DNA of 47,782 nt, filler included, from Sphacelaria rigidula (lineage: Eukaryota): NCBI GenBank assembly GCA_964200075.2. It is 2 parts of 2 records of this genome, joined end to end, with 100 filler letters (N's around TTAATTAATTAA, not from the genome) between each part and the next. Parts side by side here need not be neighbours in the genome. Positions count along the whole stretch, not along the records: positions 23,955 to 47,782 come from CAXNAA020000244.1; 1 more part is not named here. The stretch is one strand, 5' to 3'. The notes beneath the pieces were generated by a model. The model was not told where the DNA came from, searched no databases, and worked only from the letters and a program-made list of their open reading frames with translations. This document shows positions 37,301-47,782 of the stretch, piece after piece. Within the stretch, counting starts at the first letter, position 1, and every line of letters begins with the position of its first letter. The position numbers and the translations under genes were made by a program.

Positions 37301-37849
37301 TCTCCCTCTCCCCCCACCCCATCAGAAACCCTTGGATACCGCCCAACTGTCAACTGAGGCGAAACTGCTCCCAGGGGAAGCTCGCAGTCATCAAGTCAAT
37401 GATTTGACACCTCTTGCCTTGGAATGAGCATGTAACCAAGACTGGCTGCATACTCAAGCGGCGGCGAGACCAAGTACCGCAGAAAACATATCTCGAAGTA
37501 CTCTCTCTTTGTTAGTGGGCAAAAACAGCAGGCACGCAGAAAATGATAAGTATCATCAGACGCGTGGATTAAAACGCCGTCTGTCAAAAAAGACCCACGC
37601 AACATAACCGCCAGAAAGAGACGTCACTACTACAAACGAACTTCGAGCAGTTCACATATTTTTCTGTCCCGTCACCACCTGTGAAAATGGGCCCTCACTC
37701 AGTCACTCACCGCAAAAACCCAACCTCGGTCGCGGATCGGTGACCTAATACCTCACCACTAAACGTAACAAGCCCAGTAGCCGCGATATCAACGATCCAG
37801 CCACCCACTAAGCCGCCAATCCCACGTGTCTAGTCCACGCGCAACTTGA

Positions 37850-40800
37850 TAGCATGCCATACGTGATGCGTCTTGATGGAACTAATAAGATGAAAACAAT
37901 CAACAACCCAGCAAACCACAACAACTTGACCCCAAATATTATCTCGCCATTACGCGTATCCACGCCGTCCATCGCAATCTCTTGGGCGAATGCTACAAAA
38001 TACGCCAAAAGTTGTCGCCTGCTTGAACATGCGACGAGCGACGGATAACGCCGCCATACGTCACGCCATCACGACGCAGATTCAGAAAAGATTACTCTCA
38101 TTACCTTGAGTGTGCAAAAAAAGGGCAAAATCTCCTTTACGACCATTCTTGGGCAACTTATAGAAACAAACGCGTTCAGGCCCATGTATGATATACTTGC
38201 ACGGTTATGCACCGTGCCTAAGGGGCTACAACACCCTCCTCCCGGGGTGAAGTGATTTTCGATCTCCGTAATATTAATGAGCAAAACTCCGCGCGCCCGA
38301 AATATCTCCCTTGCCCACAAGTCTCGAGAGTTTTGTTCAACCAACAAAAAATTGGGCAGCATGGTCGTCGCAGTTATCGATGAACTCGAGGTGCAAAAAC
38401 AAATCACCGGGTTGTTTACACTTCGCCCGGCACCTTCAGTACACAGTACACCGTACGAAACTATATTGCGCTGTATGCCTGACCAGAGATGCACTACTCA
38501 CCACCAACAACCAAGTCCAGAGACACGTACACTTGTCCGACCTGACGACTTCCACTGATGTTAAAACACGAGACACCACCACCACGAGACCAGAACAAAA
38601 CCTGAAACTCATGATAAATCTCAAAATTGCCGTCATAAAGGACTATCTGAGATTCCAGTCTTCTACAACCGTGCGCCCGATATCTGCCAGCCTCAGGTGT
38701 ACAATACCGCTACTAGTAATACCGAGCGAAACCGGGCGCCAAGAATTATATTAGAACTGAACTTTTGCCCCTACCACAAACAAAAAAAAGCACAACAACA
38801 TACGCCAACCACGCGCTATTCCGCCGCTGATACTGTACTCAGCTGCCAAAAACAAACGAACGCAAGAAAACATATCGTCCCTGCACGCTTCCTTTTTACG
38901 GCCCTTCAACGTTAATGAAAGTCCTTTTTTCATGTACAACAATACTAGCGTATCCGAGCCCCATCAACTTCACCGACCCGCGGTGCGAAAAAAATAAATA
39001 AGGGAAAGAAAGCGACGGTATCAACAACGAAAACCAAAAGATGAACACGATAAACTCCCAGAGTGTAATCCTCCGCTCCATTAACTCCATGCCCCCACAG
39101 CGGTACGCATAGGCAAGGATGGTAGAACAGCAGGGGGCACATTTCGACTCAACAAAACCGCCCCCTCCCCCCTCCTCCGTTCACGTTAACTTCTTCACGT
39201 TTCCTATCCCCTACTCCCGTTCTTTTGAAGGAGTACGACATAGGATGAAGACAAACATGGTGCATTTGATTCACTTGGCGCAAGACCAAATGGCAATGCG
39301 AAGACACTAAAGAACATCGACAACAACACAGAACAGAACGGAAGGGAAGAAAAAAAAAGACAACAAAAACCAAAACGGATTTGGCTTGCTCGTTTTGTAC
39401 ACGCTACTACTATCTATGTAACTTACGGCAATTACCGTAGACGGCCATACCCAGCTTAGAGTGTAGAGCGGCGCTGCCTCATCCAGTGTTTTTCTTCACC
39501 GAAAATCATAGTCGCAGACGCCCGCCTTTTGCAATAGCCAGGCTACAGACGCGAACACCTCGACAGCTACGGCAGAAAGCGATACTCCTGACGGCAGAAG
39601 CTGGTCAGAACTGAACTTCGCAACTATTAATACTACCGTGCGGGACTATTCTCTATTCCAACGGCATTCATATTACTGTCAGTACTGCAGCACTCTAGCC
39701 GCTGTCCACCAGAGAAAAATCCCTCTCAAAACAGACTCCGCAACCCCAGTGCTCTCTCTTCAATATGATATGTTCTATGAACTCTGAGGTACCCTGTGGT
39801 TTGCAACCTTATACCTTTACTCTGGATCAAGTCGCCTATATATCCAAAACGGCCGGTCTGGATCTTTTTCAAGCGCGCGGATTTTCGGCAGCATGGGCAC
39901 CGACGGGTCGTGGTGGCTGACCCCCGTGCTGACGAAAAACAAAAACCGAGGTTGTCTACCATAATTCGGTGGCAATAAGGTGAGTGCCGAATCAACGCGC
40001 TCGTTGGGTACGGTAGAGAGAACAACCTGCACGCGGTGCATGGTGCAGTAAGTCTTATTTCACTTTCTCTGCCTCGTCTAACAAGCAACAGAAGAGCGAG
40101 AGGTTTTCAAAGACTGAGTGAACACCGTATCCAACCTCAACGATACGAACGACAGTCGGAGAATAAAATACAGCAAGAAAAACATTCTGCACAGGAATGA
40201 GCACCAAACCAGACTCGACACATCCACGCACGCATACACACGCGTGCACACACATGAAACAGAGAACATAGAGCACGTTCCCCCCGCTTGAATAGAGGCG
40301 CAGGCCAAGGAGAAAGGATATCAAAACAGACGAAACGATCAGACGTTCACAGCACATCCACAATGCAAAACTGTAAAAAGTTTAAATCATTATCTCGTCG
40401 TTTCAAATTTCTGCCACGCAAGCACCCACTGTCGTGACCGCAGTAAAAGCCCCCCCCCCCCCGCCACTGCTCCCTAGTAGAGCAGCAGCCTCATTTCTCT
40501 TTCTACTACATACCTCTGTACTACCCCACCCCTGTCACCGCATCGATCACTATAACCGACAGCATCAACTCCCAGCAGCTTCTTTGCCAAGACACGAAGT
40601 TCCTGCTGAGAGCTACAATACAAAAAAGTGTGCCTGCGAGTGGTCCTCCCGAGTGCGGTAAATTTCAAATGTTTTCTGCTACAACCCGTTTTCACCAACT
40701 CCCGTGATGGTTATCCTTCAGCCTAACTCTGTAGGCTCCTTACCCTGCCCCACCAGCTATCTCCCAACTGCTACCTTGCTAGCGCACAATCGTTTCTCAT

Positions 40801-43800
40801 GAAAACATCGAGGTGCTTTCATCTTGAGTTATTGCCGAAAAATCACTCGAATCTTGCTGAAAATCCCGGAGTGGATCCTTCCCCTCCTCAAAAAACGGAA
40901 CGGGAACGAAACACGAAACGATTTTTCGACAAACTTGATCGATGACCACAATCGCGGCCAACGGGCCTGCCTCATTTGACCATGCCCCCTACCCCTTCAA
41001 AAGCGCAGAGATACTGTGTGTAGGCCACAACCTACACAGGATCGTATCCTGCTGCTGCGGCGGCGGCAGTAGTCGTGGTAGCGCCGTAAGTGTCCCGGAA
41101 TGACGCCAATACCGCTCCAGGCGACACGGCATCCGACAGCACTAACGTTGAGCTACTCGACTGATTTGCCACACATGCAAGCAAATACCCGGGGAAATAC
41201 GGCGCGAGCGAGGGGAGGGCGGGGGGGGGGAAAGGAGGGGGGCGACAAGTTAAGTATGTTAACCCTTTGACCGCCAGCGTGGGTCATACGTTGAGCCGGC
41301 AATATATTGTGATAAAACTCCAAAACACACACCCATACGTGAGCAAAAACCACGGATGCTTAGGAGTACTCTGGACACCTGAAATCGCTCAGTCTGGGCA
41401 AATTCGTTCATGCAGCGGTAGAGTATATTCAACGAGAACTCGCTTGTTCTTTTCATTTGCGTTCCTTGGGGGAAATCATCCGCTTCTAACGCCCCACCCG
41501 GTGGCCAACATGCTACAGTACATTATCCACCATTTTGGGAGGAGTGGTAGTGGTGCGACGCGAGCCAACGGAAAAATCTATGACAGTCGATGGGGCGCGA
41601 GAGGGCTTCGGCAATGCTCGGTACCGAATTGTCTGTCAGCTGTTGATAGGGGGAGAGAAACGGATTGGTTTGTCGAGACTCGGATTTCAACTCGTCCCAA
41701 GAAAACAGAGGAGAGGGGGGAGGGGGGAGGCGGGAGGGGGTGGGGGAAAGTATGAAGAACAAAAAAAGCGCGCGCTGAAGCCCACTTGTCACTCACTACA
41801 TCTTGACGCTACTTCTTATGCGCGAAAATAAATCCTGTTGAAAATGGCCTTGTTGTCCCTTCTTCATCGTGTACTCCCGAAAAGAGGGCAAGACGAACTC
41901 TTGTTTTCGATACCTTGACCGTTCGCCATTGAAAATGCAAGTGTGACAAACAAACAAACAAACTGCGGACAGCGGAAAACATGGAGTTGCCATGGAACGG
42001 TCTCAACGAGTAGAGCAAGTCATTCCAAGATGTTAGCATCCGCCGCCTGGCCCTCTTTTCGGGCGTAAAACGAGGGAGGAGGGTCCAAAAGACCATTTTC
42101 AATAGTTTTTCCTACACATAGGGAGTGATCTCACGCCGGAAAACGAGGACATTGCGTCTCAAATGGGTCAAGCCGGGAGGTCCTGCGATCCACACATGAA
42201 ATGTCAAAGGTATCAATTCTGGACAACAAATTGGGAAGATGAGGAACAGATTGACTTAATTATTGATTCGTCGAACATGAGCCGATTCCCTGGGATCCCC
42301 GAGGAACCCCATGGTCACGACGTCGACTTACGAGTAGCAACCCGCGGCGAGCAAGACGGAAAACGTCCGCTGAATAAAAGTCGAGAAAAAGAGAATAAGG
42401 TGGAAAAAAAAGGAATCGACAGGGTGAGCTCAAGAAGGCAAAAACGACAAGCTGAACAAAATAAAACAAAACAAAGGAAACAGACAAGAACGAAAAAAGA
42501 GGGGAAGACAGAAAATGAGAACAACAATTAAATAAAGAAAAGAGAAACGCCGAGATACCATAGATCCAGTACATGCAGTACCGAAAAAAAAAAGAGAGAG
42601 AAATGCCAGCCATTCGACGAACACTTCTAGGGGGGTGCACTCATGATCTTGGATGTCGTAGTCATGAGACCATTGACCTTGCATCCCTACAAGGCCGAGA
42701 TGGAGCACGCCGGGTGTTCGCCGGACCAGGAAGTCATCATCCGCTGCCCAGCACGTCGTCGGGTGAACTCGAAGCTCAACATCTCAGATTAAGGAAACAT
42801 AAATTCACATGTGACGCCCGCTCAAAAGATTGTACCCGAACGGAACCCTGCAGCGACACGTCATTTGTCTACTAATCTCGCCGCATCCAAGCAACGAATA
42901 CTTACCTTCAAGTGTTCGGGACAACTACGGTTTCCGTCGTCGCAGCATGATAATGACATTCGGCTGGAGTATGACATAATGCGAAACGACAGGACCGAGA
43001 GCTGCACGCTAAAATCTACAAGCATGGAACCCATGTCTCTTACCCTAAAGGGCGAGGCCCCCGAGCTATCTTCAGCGGAGGTTGATATGAGCAGCTGGGG
43101 CCTGGTCTGGCGGGTGGGAGACGAGCCCATCGCCCTTCGCTCTGTCAACACGAGGATGGCCAGCGACGGAAGCAGCTCTTGCAGCGCGAGAACTGCCTCG
43201 AGCTCAAAACTGCGCACGCAAAAAAAAAAAAAGGAACGTATGGGAAGAAGGAGAGAATTCAATGTGACAGCGCTCAGTGGAAAAAAAACAAGCAGGATAT
43301 CACTTGAGTAATGCGGGCAGATTGACACGGACAAAAGAAGGCAAGCTTGGTCTTCGGCGGAAATTTAAATCTCCAGTCTAGCCTCTGTTCAAGAACCCGT
43401 TGTCATCGGGGAAGCATCGCTCAGCAGGGGGGCGGATGCGGGGCAGACGATCACGACATTATCGACAAACAACGGCGTGAGCTATACGTGCGTGTGTGGG
43501 GGTTCACCTGTCAGGTGTGTCTTTATACAGCGGGCTGAGTCGCCAACTGCTCGACCCTGCGGCCACGAACAGGCATCCCTTGCTGAAAAGCGCGAGCCCG
43601 CAGATGGAGGACAGCAGCAACATCCGATAAAATACGCCCTTGCTGAGGCTCCACGCCGTGCTGCAAACGCGCGTGGCGTAGTAGGAGAAGGCAAGCCACA
43701 GCAGAAGGTACCTGTTCGAGGAATCGTGGAATATGACAAAACGCTGACGACCGGATGTATAACGGGGCCCTTAGGGGGTGCAATACCAGTTGCGTAGGTT

Positions 43801-43860
43801 TTATCGACCTCAAATGAAGCATCGAGCTGTGCTGGGACAGTTATGTTGGAGGTAACCTGT
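37850..43860 (-). pseudogene. Possible degenerate multi-exon gene of unknown function
   Basis: Exon-like blocks with canonical splice sites. 43209-42906 (gcgcAG..AAG|GTAAGT) is open: FELEAVLALQELLPSLAILVL.... 40026-39793 is phase 0-0 with one internal TAA. The block ending near 39436 has one internal TGA. No family recognised. Confidence 0.35.
42630..42730 (+). repeat. Dispersed repeat family B' copy
   Basis: GGGGGTGCACTCATGATCTTGGATGTCGTAGTCATGAGACCATTGACCTTGCATCCCTACAAGGCCG..CCGGACCAGG matches the copies at 23794 and 45155. Confidence 0.85.
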
Positions 43861-45154
43861 GCCACCGTGAACAGACGAGATACTTGGCAACACGCGCTCG
43901 TCAAGTGTGGCGCAGCTTGCCCGGGACTTCTTCCATCCGCTGCTCAATACAACAGTACAATCCGTGACAATCCGTGTCACCGCTCCCCACCGCATATAAT
44001 CTACCCTGCTCTTTTCTGATCTATGCTCACTACTACACAAGGACAGTGTTCAGTTGTCCTGTCATTCAGCCAGAAGGGGGCAGGCAGGTCATGAAGATGG
44101 CGCAAAGAGCAAGACAACACCCCCTCTTCTCGTGTGCCTCAACAGCCAACTGGTCGTCGCAGAAAACTAAATATTGGGCGTTCTGTACGGAAGCGCAACG
44201 GATCAGTCGACCAATGGAATAACTAAAAAGTGACTTCGCTCCGCTAAGGCTCGTCGCTCAATCTACAAGATTCGTGGCAACACGCCTGTCAAATGTGGGA
44301 AGCCTCCTCTGACGATATGGGAGCCCGCACCCTCCCTCCGTCAACAGGAACCCCTCTCCAAGGGAACCCGTGAAATTTCAGCGGGGGATAATGTTCCGAG
44401 ACGAAGCTGGCGCTCGAAGCTTAACCCTTCGACCGCGAGGGTAGGTCGCCTGCTGAATCGACATCAATTTCGCTCGACAAAGTATGCGTGTGATCCAGAT
44501 GGACCACCCGCATCGCGATCTGAGGGTTAAGCGAGATATGTTTTCCCCCCTTTTTTTCACCAAAATCAGTTATAGCGAACGTCTGTTTGCCAACACCGTG
44601 ATCCAATACAGATTAAAAAAAATTGAGAGACACCACAACGGTCATGACTGGAACACGGTGTACCTACAACATATATGTAGGCACTTCAAAAATATGCGCT
44701 CAGATCACTGCAGCACGAGTGCAGCACGAGTCGATCCATTGCCTCTGTTCCGTCTTGACACAATGCAATGCTCCTTGTTTCAGGGTAACACATTCAGTCT
44801 CGGGATGAGCAGCGGTCGTGTGCGTGCCAAAGGAGTTGACGACGAGGCAAGTGGTGTTCTTCGTTTGAGCGTTTTGTATTTGGCAAGCGTGGCACAAACC
44901 ATCGTATCCCGTCGAGATTTCAAGCGCGACTAGGTCTAACCCTAGGGACACCGTACGCAGTTCGTGAAGCAGTGGGCCTCAAAAGTCGTGACGCATGGAT
45001 AGGTAAGCCTTGGGTCTGGGTCACATATCGACTCATGTTGCCTTGTAGTCGCCGTGTCATGCTCCTCTGAGAGCAAAAAGTGCTTTGGTGAACAGCCCAA
45101 CTTGTTCCCAGCAAAGTTCTAATCGACTGTTTTCATCACAGACTCCAAGGAGAT

Positions 45155-45256
45155 GGGGTGTGTGCTCATGATCTTGCATGCCGTAGCCGTAAGACCATCG
45201 ACCTCGCATCCCTGCAAGGCCGGGGCGAAACGCGCCTGGCTTTCACCGGACCAGGG
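45155..45256 (+). repeat. Dispersed repeat family B' copy
   Basis: TGTGCTCATGATCTTGCATGCCGTAGCCGTAAGACCATCGACCTCGCATCCCTGCAAGGCCG..CCGGACCAGG. Confidence 0.85.
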
Positions 45257-45692
45257 TCGCAATCTATCACCTAGCGCGAAACGCCGCGATGTGTCCGGCG
45301 AGTCGCATTAAGGGTTAGCTGCATCCTGCTTAGATTTTTCGGTCCGAAGCCTACTGATTATCTTGTATATAGATGACAGCCTTCAATGAGTTGCCTCATT
45401 TGCTGGTACCGCCACTTCCAGGGTCAGACACAGGTTACAAACTGCCTCATGAATGCCTCACCAGATAAACATTACGTTGTACAATCATTCCTTTTGCGCG
45501 GAGTCAAGGTTCTCCACTCCGCATATCAAGATCTAGATCGACCACCATCATGGTCAACATACAAAAAAAATCAAGCGAGGAACAACCAGTGACCTAGTTA
45601 CCTAGCTTACGCAGTGAGTCGCCTGACTCATAGCGTCGTTGCCAGCCAACGCCAAACCTCAAAGGGAACTTCGGGTGGGTGGGAGGAGGGGC

Positions 45693-45765
45693 GTACTCAT
45701 TTGATGCTTGATGCTTGCCTTCGTCGTTTGACCATTGACCACGCATCCCTTTCGAGGCGGAGCAC
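45693..45765 (+). repeat. Dispersed repeat family B head
   Basis: GTACTCATTT..TGCTTGCCTTCGTCGTTTGACCATTGACCACGCATCCCTTTCGAGGCGGAGCA, after a G-rich run. Confidence 0.85.
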
Positions 45766-46277
45766 CGTTCCTACTCCTACTACCGACACCTCCAACATTT
45801 CGGTGCTCATTACGTTTCTACCATACACGACATGAAACTTTTCACGGTTCGGACGAATCATCGGCGGTTGGAATCACCAAACCCGCGGTATTTCAGGCCT
45901 GGTTGCTTGAAAGAGAGAAAAGTTCGACCGCAGGGCAAAAAGGCCTCCACGCAAGTTTTGCGCCATTACACGTGCCTGGGCTGTGCGCACCTGGGTTGCA
46001 ACACTGAAAACAAAGCCCAAGGATCGGTTCGTACGGTACGAATCAATCACTCTGAAATCAAGTGATTTCCAGGCGAATCATTGATTCGTCCGACCCTTGA
46101 AACCTTTCGTATATCTTATCCCCTTGGGACGGGGGAAGCACCAGGGTGGTATCGCTGCGACCGATCACAGGGTGTTGTGTGGAAACTCGCTTCCGGACAC
46201 TTGTCGCTTTGCCACATCAGGGCACGGCCTGACGGATATTCCCGCCTTTCTGATGCGACACCTTCTACGGACCCCCC

Positions 46278-46500
46278 CACCCAAAACCAGCCCAAAACTG
46301 TCACGAAGAAAATGGTTATACAGCACCTGATGTTTGGTTTCAGGCTGCATGAAGCACCTAATATGGGCGGCGTTGGGGAAAACGAACCCAAGCGTGGCAA
46401 TTCCCAGCTACTCGTTGAGCTCGGCTTTTTTCATGTCGTTTTACATGTAGATTTTTCTTTCCTAAATCAGCCACCTTTGGGGGGGGGGGGGGAGCTATCG
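46278..46500 (+). repeat. Dispersed repeat family C, copy 2
   Basis: Colinear with 36112-36345. Confidence 0.85.
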
Positions 46501-47782
46501 TAGAAAGTGTCGTGTATACTACCAAGGGAAGTAGCACGGGAACAATTTCTCCCCAACCAATAATTTCGGGTTCTCGTTCGTCGCCTCACCGCACCCGCTT
46601 CACATGATCCGAAAACAAAATCTCCCGAAAAAGTGCCTCCGTAACCCTTCCGCGACGATTTGCACCTCAGAAGGCTCGGCGGATTTTGCTACCTCGGAAT
46701 GACTTGCTCTACTCTCCAAGGGGATTCTGGCATGTGTTCATGTCTCTTCCGGTGCACGAAGTTTGAACTTGAAACGGAATGGGAATTTTCGTGGAAATAT
46801 CATCACACCACATGCGCGGAAAATGTCCAAAACGATCAGAGATTCTTTATTTTTGGTACATATCATTTCTTGAAAAAAAGTCAGTTTGGGCTAGAAATTT
46901 ACATACGGCCATAAGAAAACGTCAAGGCACCCTGGGACCCTGTCGAAGAGTAGAGCAAGTCATACTCCAGGGGTCAGAATCCTAGCCTCTCTCGAAAAAC
47001 GTCGCAGAAGGATAAAAGAGTACTTTTCCGAGACCATCTCTTTGGATTAGCAGAGGCGGCCTAGGGTCACTACAGTGCAGAATTCGGGGCAGAAACAACG
47101 TCTAGTGGACCTGATTTCCACGTCTTCTGCACGTTAGAAGGGCGGTTGACGATCGACAACTGTACGCACCGTAAAGCTGTTCAAAAGGACGAGAGTGAGC
47201 AAACATACTGCTGCAAGCGGCCAATAGGGGAGTGGACAGCGTTGACACAACCGCAGCGAAGCCTCGCGAGGAATACAGGAAATAAATGGTCGAGAAAGTG
47301 AACCAATTGGTAACTCACTAAGGATGTGTGGGAGAGGCGAATGTATCACTGAAAGTGATGTACCCCCGACGGGTGGCATATAGTTCTATTTCGGCACCAA
47401 ACCCAAATATCTTCACCAGTCCAGGTTTGGCTGGGGGGGGGGGGGGTTGGGGCAGGGACGGGCAGTGCTCTCAATCCAACCAAGTAGGCTGCCAGACGTG
47501 TTCAGACTCCTATAAACGTGAAGTTCGTTTACGTCATGAAAGCATGTTCGTGGAGTCGAAGCAAGGACTTACACTGTTGTACGCGTTGACCGCGAGTCAG
47601 AGAGGTCGAACTGACGTTGTGATTAAAAATACAACGAAGAGGTGGCTGGGTTGTGGAGAATTTTGGAGACCCCGCTGCGCCCTTGAGGGGGGGGGGGGGG
47701 GGTGTACTCCTGATCCTGCACGCCCAGGGCGGAAAAGCGTGGCGCTCGCTGTATGTATTTATATACAAATGCCCGCTTGCGA

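Noticed and set aside
36958-37407. Poly-Pro and poly-Gly ORFs here and at 10-282
   Set aside because: They are translations of C/G homopolymers, here around an N gap; run lengths are unreliable.
42811-43311. 166-aa plus-strand ORF
   Set aside because: It overlaps a minus-strand block with much better splice signals and has no recognisable motif.

Overview
Eukaryotic, intron-rich, repeat-rich genomic DNA. Long GT-AG introns, roughly balanced GC and an HSF of stramenopile type suggest a brown alga (Phaeophyceae); this is an inference. The left 19 kb holds one very large minus-strand multi-exon gene (six large in-frame exons joined by phase-0 GT-AG introns, about 3,300 codons, probably continuing beyond base 1). 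It encodes a putative chromatin protein with two PHD fingers, Pro-rich and Arg/Ser-rich disordered tracts, an acidic tract, and an Ala/Glu/Lys/Arg 19-20 aa helical minisatellite. It also carries three copies of an unrecognised ~85-aa SH3/Tudor-like module, each split by an intron at the same position. Its ~7.4-kb second 'intron' contains a hAT deletion derivative (TIRs plus 8-bp TSD), a TA-flanked Tc1/mariner-like element, a near-perfect 30-bp fold-back, and what look like decayed exons for a PHD-bromodomain cassette and perhaps an SRA-like domain. An artificial contig linker lies at 23.9 kb. To its right are a two-exon heat-shock-factor gene (27.7-30.6 kb, minus strand), several dispersed repeat families attached to G/C runs, and stop-interrupted exon-like relics. 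I found no rRNA, tRNA or CRISPR array.
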